A stretch of 64,000 nt of DNA from Geosiphon pyriformis uo1 (lineage: Eukaryota > Fungi > Glomeromycota), in assembly GCA_016748015.1 (NCBI GenBank), contig JAAOMT010000665.1:186001-250000 (forward strand), written 5' to 3'. Positions 40,066-53,736 of the stretch are shown piece by piece (position 1 is the stretch's first letter; every line of letters starts with the position of its first letter). The notes under the pieces were generated by a model, which was given only the letters and a program-made list of their open reading frames with translations, made no database searches and had not been told where the DNA came from. Position numbers and translations under genes: made by a program.

Positions 40066-40757
40066 TGTTATGGGTTGGAGTAACAAGCTAATAGATAGTA
40101 AGAAAAAACAGAATTGTAGGGTGATGAAAAGAATCAAAAAAAATTTAACTTTAAAAAGCGAATTGAATAAGTATGGATTTAATGTGTAAGATCAGTCTCA
40201 TAAAATATCTCAGTTGCTATACTTTTTAAAAGATAATTGAAGAATCTGAAGATAGAAAGATAGTCTGTACTATTAACAAATAATTATACACTAGTATAAT
40301 TCTATGTCTTATGTTGGTGTTCTTAGAATTTAATATCAGGTATTAAATGTACTCTTTAGTTACATTTTATTCAATAATTTTCAAATATTACAATTATATG
40401 TTTTAGAAAAAAGGTAGGAAATAACCAACAAGTAATTTTTTATTCTAAGATGTTTAAATACTTGAAAGTAGGAAAAGAGAAATTAGCAATAAGAAAAGGA
40501 TTGAAATGAAAGTTGTTATTTTATTTATTTTATTTCCTTGATTTCTGATATGCTTTTCTACAACTAAGAAATTTATTGCTTATATAGTTATTAAAAGTGG
40601 TTAATAATTAGATCAATAATTAGGTCAATAATTAGGTCAATAATTAGGTTATTGATTAGATCAATGATTATTATCTAAAAATAGAGTGGCTAATTATATG
40701 ACATTAGTGGCTAATACATATAATAACTAATAAAAAGTATGAGTTTCAACTGTAACA
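40066..40757 (-). repeat. Gypsy-2 5' LTR
   Basis: TGTTAT...TGTAACA; matches 32238-32836 plus 33668-33735. Confidence 0.9.
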
Positions 40758-41762
40758 ATATAAAAAGATATTTTAGAAAAAAAATTATCTTATTAGAAAT
40801 TCATCAACTTTTATTAACAGCAAAATTAACAAAAAAATAATGTTAACAATACTCAAATAAAAGTAGAAAAATTTTTAATAATATTTAATACTTTTTTAAA
40901 AATAATACAGCAATAATTAAATTAAAGTAGTAATTATATATTAATATGATAACTTTAAAATATTATCAGTTAATTTATATTTATTGTAAGCAACAATTTA
41001 AAATCTTATATAATATAATTATAATATTTTACAAAATTAACAAACTATCTATTTTGTGTAAAATTTAACATATAATATTATATTTGAAAAAAGCATTTTA
41101 TATCTCTTAATACTATAATTATTATATTTTTATTTGTTTATAGAGCTGTTTTTTGTATTATTTTCTAAATATATATAGTAAATTTTTATATAAATACTAT
41201 AAAAACTATTAGTATACTGAAAAATGTTATCTTAAAAATTGCAAAATTGATTTTTAAATTACTTTTACCAAACTTTTTTTTAAATTAATTTACACTAAAC
41301 TTACTTTTTTTGATTTTGTCTGTTTTTATATACAGTTATTTAATTCTTATTGTATTTTAATTCAAATTTGTTAAAACCAAATCTAATATTATTATATAGA
41401 TATATTTTTTAACAAATTTGCTAAATTATTACAATATTGAATTTTTATTTAAAAAACAAAAATAAGTAGCAGTTAATAATGCTTTTTATAAAGAAATTTA
41501 TTAATATTTTAAAAATTACTATGGCATAAAACATAATAATATTGTAGCTTACTTTAATTATAAATATTCAAAACTTTATATTTTTTGTTTAATTGTCTTT
41601 AAGATAACTAAAAAACATGGAATTATAAGCAAAGTAACTTTTCTCTTGTCGATCCTTTGTCCATGACAAGAGCATAGTTTTTGCTGATAGAATAGCTTTT
41701 CTTTTTCCCTTTTTCTTTTTTTTACTTCAGTTATTTCTCTTAATACGCCCTTCTTTGTTGCC

Positions 41763-43715
41763 ATGGAACCGGTGAGTTCATCTGCTGGTGGTTCTGGTTC
41801 TGGATCGACTGGGTTGGGGACCTGGTCTGGCACCAAAAAAAAGGTGTGAGTTGAAAGTATTTACTCTTGTGGTCTGTCATATAAGAAACCTAGGAAACCT
41901 GAGGTTGCTGGCGGAGTTGTGGATTCATCTACTGGCCTTCTACCTGCTGCTTTGTTACATTCGGACGATGAAGAACATAAGGTATCTTGGGAAAACAAAA
42001 TTGAAAACGATGTGTCAAGCATGAGTGGGGTGTCAGACGTAAAGAATATGGTGAACACTATTGCCGAAAAAACAAGCTATGCAGAATCTGGTGAAGATGA
42101 TGAAATAAACAAGGCTACGCCGAGAAAAACCCAAACCTGTACTTATGTGCTAGGCAAACCTCTGAAAGCTCCAACATTTGACTCCATGAGCGATAATGAA
42201 AATGCGCTTAGTCTTCCGTCTCCAAAAATGTTTAATGGCTCCAATCAGATGCCATCTGTCAAGTCACGTGTTATGGAAAAGCGAAGCTTCGAGCCAGTAA
42301 AATCTTTCGCATTAGATATTAAGGTTTCAGCAGTACCTGAGAAGACAAATGTTGATAAGTTAATGGCAATTAAAAAAATTTTTTATTGAATTAATGAATT
42401 TGGAGGAGCCTCAATTTCCTCAAAATTCCCAGAGATCATCAGATCTTCTTTTACATCTGAAATTAGTTTGAATAAGACTAGGGAAATGGTAGTTGGTGAG
42501 AAAATTTTAGTCAATGATAATCTGAGAAAATTAAGTGTCTGTTCAGATCGGGAAGTGATAGTCAAAGAGATTCCGGTGAATCTTCCCAAATTAGTAGTGG
42601 AGTCAGTCTTTTCCAAATTTGGCAAGATTGTTTCAATCAAAATACAGCTGATTGGTCTTTGGCAAAAGGCCTTGGTTAAATTTGAGTCATCTAAAGTAGC
42701 TAGTCTGGTCGCTTCTAAATAGTCGGTCTTTATGAGAAAGAATTCAGTGCATGTGGCTCTGGCGATCAATGATAAACAAATGTGGGTATTGAGAGATCAG
42801 CATCGAACTTTGCTTTATACTCTTTCAGTTGGCACCAATGTCCATGACCTCTCCAGTTTGTTGGAATCATATGGTGGGAAGACTTGTTACATTGGCCATA
42901 ATCCTATTTTGTATGTTTGTGATAGATGCACTGTAATTTGTTTTGGTGATGAGGCATCCAAGTTGGCTGCTATTGGTATCATTCTAGTTTTCAAAGGTGT
43001 GAGTTTGCATTGGGCTGGTCTTTCTTTGGCCAGTTACACTCATTGTAAACAATTTGGTCATGTTACAGTCAACTGTTCCTTGGGTGAGTATTCTGGTGTT
43101 TGAGAGAAGAGAGTAGTTTTTAAGCAAGATCAGATTCATTTAGCTGGGATATATAAGAAAAAGTCGGCTCCTATTGCTTGTCCAGTCTCATTTGGTGGTA
43201 AAACATGGGCCCAAGTTGCTGGTGGCTCTCCTTCTCATGTGATTTCCTCTAGTTTGGTTGGTGCTGGTTTGCATTTTGGTTTGGTTCCTTCTTCAATGGT
43301 GACTGATTCTCCTACCATTTCTCATTTAAATGACCAGCTGGCAATTTTGGAGCACTCTTTGGAGCTTTTGATTGACCGTGTTTCTGGCATTTTGGTTCGA
43401 CTGGAATCCATTGATTTGGTTCCTGTGACGACCTTTTCTCTAAGCCTTCTTCCTGCTGTTTCTGGAACTTTGACTTCTAATGTGAATTCTGATATGATTA
43501 TAGATACTGCTTTGGTCTCATCTAGTACTCCTCCATCCGTTATTCATGATGCTGTTGTTGAGCTCAGCTCTAGTAGTTCCAAAGTCCTCACTGCCAAAGT
43601 GGGTGGTTTGGAAACAAAATTGATTGCTTTGGAAGCCTCAGTTGGTTTAGTTTTGGATAAGTTAAATATTCTGTGCTCTGGTTTGGGTTTGTCAGTTCCC
43701 CTGTCTTCTCAATGA
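41763..43715 (+). pseudogene. LINE-3 ORF1
   Basis: GCCATGG start; VIVKEIPVNL..FSKFGKIVSIKI; knuckle YTHCKQFGHVTVNC; KVLTAKVGGLETKL coil; several stops. Confidence 0.87.
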
Positions 43716-46700
43716 CTCACTTAATTTGGAAAATTGTCACGTGTAATGTTAGAGGTATAAACAATCCTGCAAAACAGAAAGATGTTATTTGTTGGCACAA
43801 GGATATGAACAATTTGATTTCTATTATTACTGAGACCAAGCTAAAGGGTGAGGTCCATCCATGGATTGCAACTAGGTTTGATGGTGTTCGAGTTTTTATC
43901 TCAGGTCAAGATTCTGGTAATCTGGGTTCGGGTGTTGTTATTGTTGTGAACAATTCTCTGGCTCGCCATGTGTGTAAAATTTCTGAGGTGCCTGGTCAGC
44001 TTCTCTCGATTAAGTTGCTTTTTAAGAACAAACTTTCAGTATTGATTTTGGGGCTTTATGCTGGTGCTTCTCTGGCAGCCCATTTCTCTCAAACCAGTGA
44101 AGTCAATTCCCTGATAGCTAAGACTATGAATGAGTCTTCTTTTGTCATTTTGGGTGGTGATTTCAACAAAGATGGTTCTTGCAGGTGTGCTAGTTTTAAG
44201 AAGTGTTTGGATTTGGGAATGGTCAATTCTCTGGCAGGAAATTCATTGGCAAAAAGTCCTACCTGGAAAAATTCAAGGAGTGTTGTAAGAACTATTGATT
44301 ATGTGTTCTTTTCGTCAAATTTGGTCAATGCGATAATGAGCCGAGACATTTTGGATGTTAGTAAGTATTTTGATACTGATCATCAAGTGGTTTGTGTGTC
44401 TGTAGGTTTGGGTGGGCTCTTGGATACGCATTTGAACTCTCTTTATAGGCAGGTGAATAGAGATTAATGGAAGTTTAACATTAAGGGTGCTAATGAGAGT
44501 AAATGGGACAATTTCAAGTGTGCCACTTTGGCCAATGCAGCAATGTTCTCAGATAAGTTTGCCACCTCTGTAAGATTCTCAAATTTGGATGTGATGTGAG
44601 ACATCATTCGCGAGATTATGGTGCTTTCAGCTGGTGGTACTTTCAAAAAAAAATGGTTCAAGGACTTTGATAGAGTTTTCTTCAAGGAATTCTCGAAGTT
44701 TCACAAATTGGAGCTTTTGGTTTCTAAGATTATCAAGGCATTGTGTAAGGAAGATGTTGTTGGTTTTGCTTCTTTCATGGATAGTTGGGCTTCTCTGGAC
44801 AGTGTTAAGGCTTTAATCATTCGGGATCTGATGGATTCTGGTATGGCCTCTGGTCATGTCTTTTCTGCTTTCTCAAGTGCTTGGAAATTATATCGTGCAT
44901 CTAAGCTCGTTGAGTCTCAGAATGCCAAGGAGACTAACATTAGATCAGCCATAGATAAAAGAATGGAAAGCTTTGAGGTCAATAAAGATCATACAATAAG
45001 GAGTGTGCTGGAGCACCCATTTCGTAAGGTGGTGCTTGACCACTTGGTTGTTGATAGTGAGCTGGTTTTGGAGCTTGATCAGGTTAAGAGCAAGGTGGAT
45101 GTGATCATGGAGGGTTGGACTAAGAAGTGTCAGGTGGTCGATAATATGTCAAGCGAATGGTGTCGCCAATATTGGCCTTTGGAGTATGTTTTTGATGAGG
45201 CTTTTTTGGAGGTGATGTGTCTGATTGGTTTTGCCGAGTTGTTTGGGGTGGTTTTCGTCCTTCCTGATGGCAAAGCTGCTAGTCTGTCAGGTATCTCAAA
45301 TGAGCTTTAGAAACATTGCAATAGATCTGTCTTGGAGATGTTGTTAGTGCTTTTGAACTCTTGCTTGGCTGGTGAATCAGTGCCCAGCTCATGGAAAAAG
45401 GCCTGGGTTTTGATGATTCCCAAGCCTTATAAGTGGGAGGGTGTTCTGACGAACACACGCCCTATTGCTTTAATCGAAATAGCTTACAAGATTCTTTCCA
45501 AGATTCTTTCTGATAGGATTTCTGCTGCATGCAGTACTTTCAATGTTCTTCGTGGGAACAATTTTTTGGTTTTAAAGAGTACGACTACTCAGTCTCCCAT
45601 TTTTGTGATTGGTTCAGTAATTGAAGATGCTCTGGAAAAGAACCATGAGCTCTGATTGGTGTTGCAGGATATGAGGAAGGCTTATAATTCAGTTGGCTGA
45701 AAGCATTTTGAAAAAAGCCTGATTAGGATTAAGATGTGCAGTAAGTTTATTTGGTTCTTTGGTAGTATACACAGAAGTCGCACCAATTGAGTGATGATGG
45801 ATTTCAATTTGACTGGTGGTTATCATGTGTATGATGGCTTAGATCAGGGAGAAGTTTTTTTCCCTCTTCTGTGGTGCATTTTCTATGATCCTTTGTTGTG
45901 TGAAGTCAAACATCAGGAGAGTGTATGTGGGTATAGACTGAATTTATACTTTGTCTCTAAAAATGGGCATGCTGAGACTCGGGCTGGACTCTCTTCCTTT
46001 TTTGCTGCTGATGCTTTTGTCGATGACACAATTTGGGTTGGTAACAGTCAAGCTGCCACTCAGCACATTTTCAATGTCACCAGTGAATTTTTTTGGGTCA
46101 ACGATATCTCTATTAACAATGACAAAACAGTGGTCATTCCCATCAATAGCAAAGTCAGCAGTCCCTTCCTTTTTATTAGTGGCTCACCCATTTTTGTTGC
46201 CAAGAAGGGGGAATCTTATCAGTATCTGGGTATTTTTCTCTCAACTGAGGGTCTTTCGAAGCCAAGTTTGGCTAGGGCACATTCAGATGTTTGCTTTTTC
46301 ATCAATTTGGTTCTGAGGAAAGCTATTTCAGATAAACAATTCCTATACTTGGTGTTGGTGGTTCTCCAGCCCATAATCAATTATCGGACACAATTTAGTT
46401 TTATACTGGTTGGTGTTTGTGCCAAGTGAGATGCTCTGGTTTGCAAGGGCTTGAAGCTTAAGTCTGGCCTTCCACTTGATTTTCCCAGTGATATGCTGCA
46501 CCATCCTTCATTTTATGGTTTGAAATCTTTCTCGCAGGTACAGTCTGAGTGTAAGGTGGCCTCTCTTGTCAGTTTTGTAAACTCTGATGGGATCTTGGGT
46601 TGCTTATTTTCTCACAGGTCTTACGACTTGCAAGTTCGATGTTGGTGTCCTATTCATCCATTAAATTTTCCTGTTCGAGTTAATATCAGCACTTCCAACA

Positions 46701-48400
46701 ACTTTTTAGCAGGCTTGGTCCATATTCTTCTTGACTACAATTTGTCTTTGGGTGGATCTTTTGTTAGTTCTTTTTGGTCTAGTGGCGGTACACCTATGTC
46801 TACTGTTTTGGGCGAATCTAAGTTTTCCAAGTTTCTTTCTTCTTTCCGACAGTTTGGCATTGTCTTTGTTGATCAACTTCGTGACCATTATGGTGCCATT
46901 TTTGACTGGTATACCTTCAAGTGGTAGAAGAGGCTGGACCCCCATGGCCCCATTCCGGAATGGTTCAGACTTGCTATTGCGTTTTTTGATAATGCTTCTC
47001 TCCTTTCTAATGATCAGTTTGTCTCAGATGGTGCTGTTTATCAAGATATTCTTGGTTCTGCTGATTATGCTTCTGTTTGTGGTCGTCTTTCTCAGGTCGT
47101 TTCTGGTAGCTTGTCTGTTTACACGGATGGATCTTTGAGAGGTTTGGGTACTGCTGGCTGTAGAGCTGGTGCTACTGCTTTTTTTGAAGACATTGGTTTG
47201 GGTTTGGGAGTTGGTGTATCGGGCTTAATGTCATCCACCTTTGTGGAATTGCAGGCTATTGTGTTGGTCATGAAGTGTGTCCCATCATCCTGTTCCATTC
47301 ACGTGTTTTCTGATAGTCAGTCTGCTTTGAGTGCTTGTGAGTCAGAAATGGATCTTGTGTATCCTGACTTTCACAATCAGTATTGGGTCAAGTGTTAGCA
47401 TATCACTAATGTTATTCATAGTAAGAATTTGAAAGTTAGTTGGCACAAGGTCAAAGGTCACTCTGGCATTTCTGGTAATGAGTAAGCTGATGAGATTGCT
47501 GACGTTGTCTCTCTTTCCAGTTGGCATCTGCGTTCTCACTTGGATGAACATTTTCTGGTGGCTGATGGTGGTGTGGTTTCAGGCAATTCGAGACACTTTG
47601 TTTGTGATATTTGCCAATCGATTTGTCACGCATGCTGGGAAGTTGGTTCTAGTGCTAGGTTTTTGAAGGATAATTTGCTTTTTGATGTTGACTGGTTCCA
47701 CTCTTCTATGGTCTAGCATCCTGACTTGCACATGGCCACCAGCTCCACTAGCAGACCCTCGGCTAATGCTCGTACCTATTTCATGAAGGCTCTGCATCAC
47801 TGGTTACCTGTTGCTGTGAGGAAGCATCTTTATAATAAATGTTACCCTAGTGTGTTATGTTTATATTGTGGTGATGTGGAGTCTTCAGACCATGTGTTTT
47901 TTTGTAAGGTCAACGATTCTGCTCATAGTCAAATATTGGATTTTTACATGGCTTCTTGGAAGGCTCTTACTGGTTTGTCACTCTTCTCATCAGTTGTAAT
48001 GCAGTTTTTGTTATCTTGTGCTTCTGATTTCCCTGTGTTCGTGGCTCTATGCAAGGATTTTGTGTTTAATAATTGGTTTCGCGAGGCTGTTTCTGTATTC
48101 CATGATCCCAAAATTGCAGGATTGAAGGTGGTTAAGTTTGTGCCCTCTCTTGGTCTTGCCTTTAGAGATGGTGTTTGGATGGTTTGTGCTAAGCATCGTG
48201 CTTACATAGAGAAGACCAAGTTGATTCCGTTGGATGGTTCAACACCTGTTTCAGTCTCTGGTCTGGTTTTGGGGTTTTCTGTTGGTATTGTCAAGCTGCT
48301 TGGCATCACTGAGACTGTGGGTGTTCATTTCGGTTTTCGTAAACCATGTTTATTTTTTTCTGGTGTAGGCAGTTTAGTTTCAATTCGTATATCTGAGTAG
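43712..48400 (+). pseudogene. LINE-3 ORF2: APE endonuclease, RT, RNase H, CCHC finger
   Basis: TCNVRG, ETK, GDFN, IDY, TDH; RPIALIE, DQGEVFFPLLW, FVDD, YLG; VYTDGS, ELQA, SDSQ, KVKGHSG..GNE*AD; CLYCGDVESSDHVFFC. Stops are of the TGG/CGA/CAR transition type. Confidence 0.95.
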
Positions 48401-48964
48401 TGTTGTTCTGATCAGTCCGAGTGGCTGGTCATGTGTAAACAATGCATGATTCATGCCTAGTATAGATTATTTCCTTGATGTGTAGCTCTAGGTAGTGTTT
48501 GAATCTTACTTGTAAAATAAAATAAAAAAAACAAAAAAAACATGCAAAATAGTTAAATATTAATATTAATAAAATCTTAAAAATATCTATTTAACACAAA
48601 AGTATTAAATTTTCATTATTAGACCAAGTTTTAAGTTATTAAATAGAATATATAACTATAACTATTATCAAATTCAATAATTAACTAATTAAAAAAAAAG
48701 AAAAAAATTTGTTAAACTTTTTAATATATATAAAAATAAAATACAATTCTTAAATAAATAGATTCAAAATAAAACCAGTTATATATTTATTAATTTTATA
48801 ATAAGATAAAAAATATATTAATTAAAAATTTACCAGAAAAATAAAAAAAATTAAAAACTATTGTATTTAAATTTTATATAATATTAATAAAACAAAATTA
48901 TTTTTTTATATAGAATCAAATCAAATATTTATAATATTTACTAATTATTATTATTATATATTAT

Positions 48965-49903
48965 TGTTATATTAAATTAATTGGGTTTTTTTTAAGATAA
49001 ATATTGAATTATAATTTTTTTAGCTATAAATTTAACTAGATATTTCAAATTATAATTTTTAGTAATTAAATATATAAAAATTTAAAACACTATTAATGTT
49101 CAAAAATTTAGCAAAAGAATTATAAAAAATATAAATTATTTAATCATAATATAGCATAATAATAATTTTAGAAAAATAATAATTAATATAATAGTAAGCA
49201 CTATTACATAATAGTAGTAAGCATTAACTTTGCAATAATAACTGATACCAACTGATAATAGCAACAAATACCAAGTTAAAATATCAAAAAAAAGTATTAC
49301 AATATGTTTTTTTATAGAATTACAAACATATATATATATAATAGCTTTAATATTAAAAAAAACAACAAGTTATAAAAACAAGTTATCAAACAATTCATCT
49401 AACAGTTTTATTTTAATTATTTTTTAATCTTTTACTTTTAAAATAAATATTCACAAAAACTTTTAATTAAAAAAAATAAAAAAAACCAAATTATTACAAC
49501 TCAAAGTATTAAAAAACTTACTTGTATTATTTATTAATTGAATCCTTTGGAATAATAATTTTTAATTAAAATTATTCACATTGTTATTAATTAAGAAAAG
49601 TGCTAAAGACTATTAATATTTTGTGTTTTTAGATTAAAGAAACATATTAAACAATTACAAAAACAGTTTCAAAAAAGATCTTAAACAGTAGATAAATTTT
49701 AGTTTAGTTTTTAAAAAGAAGTACATAAATACACACAACAATTAAAAATTGAGAAATAATTTACATTATAATATTAAAAAGAAAGTTTTCAATATAATAT
49801 TAATATTATTACACAAATAAAATTAAGAAACTTACAAGAGACTAATTGCAATTAAAATGAGATATCAGTAATTAAATATACCAAAAAAACCATCTTATAA
49901 TAA
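48965..49903 (+). mobile_element. Possible ancient solo LTR related to family A
   Basis: TGTTAT start, TATATATA box, decayed core TGGAATAATAATTTTTAATTA at ~49548, CATCTTATAATA end; boundaries uncertain. Confidence 0.3.
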
Positions 49904-52900
49904 TACTTTAAAAAAATTAATACTTTCAATCTACTTGTAATTTACAAATTCAATTCTAAAATATAAATATATTCAAATATATAGAAAACATAACTCAAAT
50001 ATATAAATAAAAACTTTCAAATTCAAAATCAACATATATTATTTTTGGTTAATAATACAACTTTTTATTATACTTAAATTGAAAAATATTTATTTCAATT
50101 GATTAATATTACTTTGCACTATTTTTTTTAAATACTATATTATATTTTTAATCAATAAATGTTGACATTATTAAATTTTTTAAAAGCAAATATATGTACT
50201 TATATTGTTAATATATTTTATATTAATTTAATCAAAAAATTAATTTTAAACAATAAATAATATAATATATAAAATATTATTATTATTATTATTATATAAT
50301 TTTATTTAATATTAATTTATTTTTCAAAAATAAATTAAACATAAAACAAGTAATTAATTATGTTATTCAATTATAGTTTCAAGTAATATTTATTATAATT
50401 CAAAACTATTAACAAAAACATATATTCTTTTTTATAATCAAAAATCAAAAATTCAAGAATTCGAAACATTAATTGCTATAAATATATTCGACAATTTATT
50501 ATTAAATACATAATAATTAGTCAAAAATATTAAAGATTATACTATAATAGTTAATAAATTATTGGCAATTGAAAATACTTTTAATAAAATTGTAAATATG
50601 GTTTTAGCTGATGCTTAAATTGAAATCATACAATTAATAACTTAGAAAAAAATCAAAAGAATTTTTATTTGTTATAATTACAATTATAAAAATATATGAA
50701 GCATTAAAAAAGATAATTAAATTTGAAAAGCAATTAGCAAAAAAAAACTTTAATATAAAAAACCAAAATTTACTTAGAAAAAAATTATATAAATATAAAA
50801 AAATAAAGAAAAATTCTAAAAAACAAGTAATAATTAATTAATAATTTAATAATAATAATAATAATAATTGATTGATTTAATAAATATATATAGTTTATTT
50901 GATAATAATTATAAAATCTTATAATAAAATATTTTTATAATAGAACATAATTTATATGTTCTAATTGTATTTTTTTATAGAAACTTAACTGTATTATTAA
51001 TTATAAGTAGACTTATTGTTAAATTTAAAAGTATAATAAAATAATATTTAAATACTAAATATAATTAATAAATTGTTTTTTAAATTACTTTTTTTAATAA
51101 ATTGTTTAACTTATTATAAAAATTTTTTATTATAATTAATATTATTTAAGTATAATATTTATATATTTAACTGTTTTTTAATTTTGTAAAAACAATAACT
51201 AGTTAAAAACTTTTTTTATAAATTTAAGTTTTTTGCTGTAATTTATTTTAGTTTTAAGCTTAATTTGTTGATTTTTATTATTTTATTGGTATAATTTATC
51301 AATATTTTTGGTTTTAACTAATACAGTTAAAAATAATTAAATTTTTTTTATTTTTTGTTATTTTATAATATATTTTTAGTTTGTTAATAATTATTTTTAA
51401 GTTAATATTAAATTTTAATATTTTATTAAAAAATTATTAAAACAAATTCAGAAAGTTTTTTAAAATGTTTATAATATTTAAATTTTAAGTATTTTTAATC
51501 ATAATTTTATGTTTATATTTTCAAATTTTACAACTTAATTTTCTTAAAAAGAATAGTGTTTAATAATAATAATTGGTTATAAATTTTTTAAATTTTTTAA
51601 ATTTAATTAATAAAATCTGTATTTTTAGCTATAATACTTATATTATTAATGATTGATTTATGTAATAAAATTTTAATTAATTTTTATATACAATTTTTTT
51701 TAAGATTTCTTTTTTCAAATATAATTTTTATATTTTGTTTTTCAAATATTTTTTAAATATTGAATAATTTATCTTATTTTAGATTAAATTTTTTACTTTA
51801 TTGTTTTTTAATATAATAAAATTTTGTTTTTAATTTTTTATTTAATATGTAAATTTAGCAATTAATTATTATGTTTTTCTTTTTATTATCTTTATAATTG
51901 TATAATATTGTTAGCTACTTTTTTTTTAGTTATTTTTTAAGATATTTATATGTTAATATGTTTTTTTTCGAAAAATAGTTTTGAAATTTTTTTTATTAAT
52001 TAGTTTTGTTAAATATATAATATTTTTAATTTTATAAATAATATTAAAAAATAAAAAACTTTAAAAAAAACCAATTAGTAAATTTATTTTAAATTATTAA
52101 AAATAATATCATTAAAATTTATAAAAAAAAAGTGTATATTATTGTCATAAAAATAATTTAATAATAAAAATAATAATTTATAAAATTTTTAACAATTTTT
52201 TTAAAAACTTATTTATTATATAAATTAAAAAATAAAACATAAATATGTATATTATAATTTAATAATATAAAATAATAGTTAAAAATTTAATAATATTTTT
52301 AAAATACAAAAAATATGACATAATTTTATACATAAAATTCTAAAAAATAATATTTTTAAAAGTGGTCTAAATAGTTTTAATTCATAATATGTTAACAAAT
52401 TTTTATTTATTAAATTAAACAATTTAAAATTATAAGTATTTTAATAATATATTAATAATTAAAAAAATATAATTTTTTTTTTTAAATTCTGATTATTTTA
52501 TAATTTATATTTCTTTTAAATTAATACAAAGAATAAAATTTACCATATAATAAATTTTAAAAATGGGATTTTTTCAAATTCATTTTGATAAACCTTTTTA
52601 GAGTAATAATTGAAGTTAATACAAGAGAAATTTATAAATGTATTTTGTGATTGGAAGGAAAATTGAAGTTTTTGTTTTTCAATATTAGAAACAAAGGATT
52701 TTTTGAAAGAGAACAAAGACAAAATGGGGATCTTTGTCAAAGGTTTCTTAATATCCTTGAATATTATAGGCTTTTAGAAATAATTATGGATTCTATTGTA
52801 TAATTGAGTTTCAAACTAAATTACGCCGTTCTTTAATGAATCAACTATTTCACTAGCCGTTTATAATTCATCTTTCAAGTATGCATTTAGAAACTAACTC

Positions 52901-52992
52901 AAATTAAAATAATCGCCCATAACAATCTTTTTTTCTACTGGAATGTAAAAGATTCCCAGAACCGCCCTTCTTTCCCAATACTCCGATGACAA

Positions 52993-52994
<2 letters not shown>

Positions 52995-53058
<64 letters not shown>
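52995..53058 (+). repeat. (AAT)n microsatellite
   Basis: Read directly. Confidence 0.95.
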
Positions 53059-53059
<1 letters not shown>

Positions 53060-53575
53060 TTAATTGTTAGCCCCAATTTTATATTTCACATGGGCTATAA
53101 CCTCATATGGGAACCGGGCCGAACTATTTTAATGATAGGGAGGCCACAAAAAACAAGTATCATTCGTTTGGATTTGATTTTCGGTAGATTGGGCTTTTTC
53201 ATGATCATTTGAGCCTCTGTTATTATGATGTCAATTGGACCCTTACATGAATTGTTAAATCACAATCGGCAAATAAAAATAGATTTTTTTTGGGCACTTT
53301 ATATGTTAAAACTTCAAGAAAGTTTCGAGTTTGATTATCTAATTATTTAGGCGATTCGGAAGTTGGAATTTAAGCAGAGAATTTAGACAGGATAGGCGAG
53401 CTAAAAAAGTGAATGAGAAAATTTTTTAAATCATGATTACCATTGATCCGTTAACAAGTTGGACTTTTCTTCTTTCAAACATTTGCAAACTAAAAAAAAC
53501 TAAAAAAAACTAAAAAAAGAAAAAAGAAAAAAAGAAAGAGTAGTAATGTGATGAGTCAATGCGCCCACAACTATC

Positions 53576-53736
53576 GTCATCTTGGCCAAGCATAAACTAA
53601 CCCTACTGACACACAGCAAAACGTGTGAATTTCATAAAATCTTAACTTGTTTTCGTGCAGGAAGGTTCGATACCTGCTACTTGATCGACTTGTCGAAGAA
53701 CAGGTTGTGATTTTGTGTTCTGGGTTGAGTTTTTTT
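53576..53736 (+). ncRNA. Candidate structured, tRNA-related Pol III-type RNA (unclassified)
   Basis: A-box-like TGGCCAAG (53583), B-box-like GGTTCGATACC (53664-53674), T7 run at 53730-53736, long helix 53633-53655/53694-53717. Confidence 0.35.

Larger units (their letters stand above)
32238..40757 (-). mobile_element. Full-length, older Ty3/gypsy element Gypsy-2 (gag-PR-RT-RH-IN + ORF3)
   Basis: LTRs 32238-33735 (split by a solo LTR) and 40066-40757; TSD GTAT/ATAT; PBS and PPT (GGAGAGGATAA) present. Confidence 0.92.
41620..48534 (+). mobile_element. Full-length, uninterrupted LINE-3 with RNase H
   Basis: TSD AAAAAACATG (41610-41619/48535-48544); two ORFs; AATAAA followed by an A tail. Confidence 0.95.

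Noticed and set aside
53576-53690. Functional tRNA or tRNA-Sec gene
   Set aside because: No D-loop GG, no proper anticodon arm, a 4-nt insert in the T arm and a poor acceptor stem.
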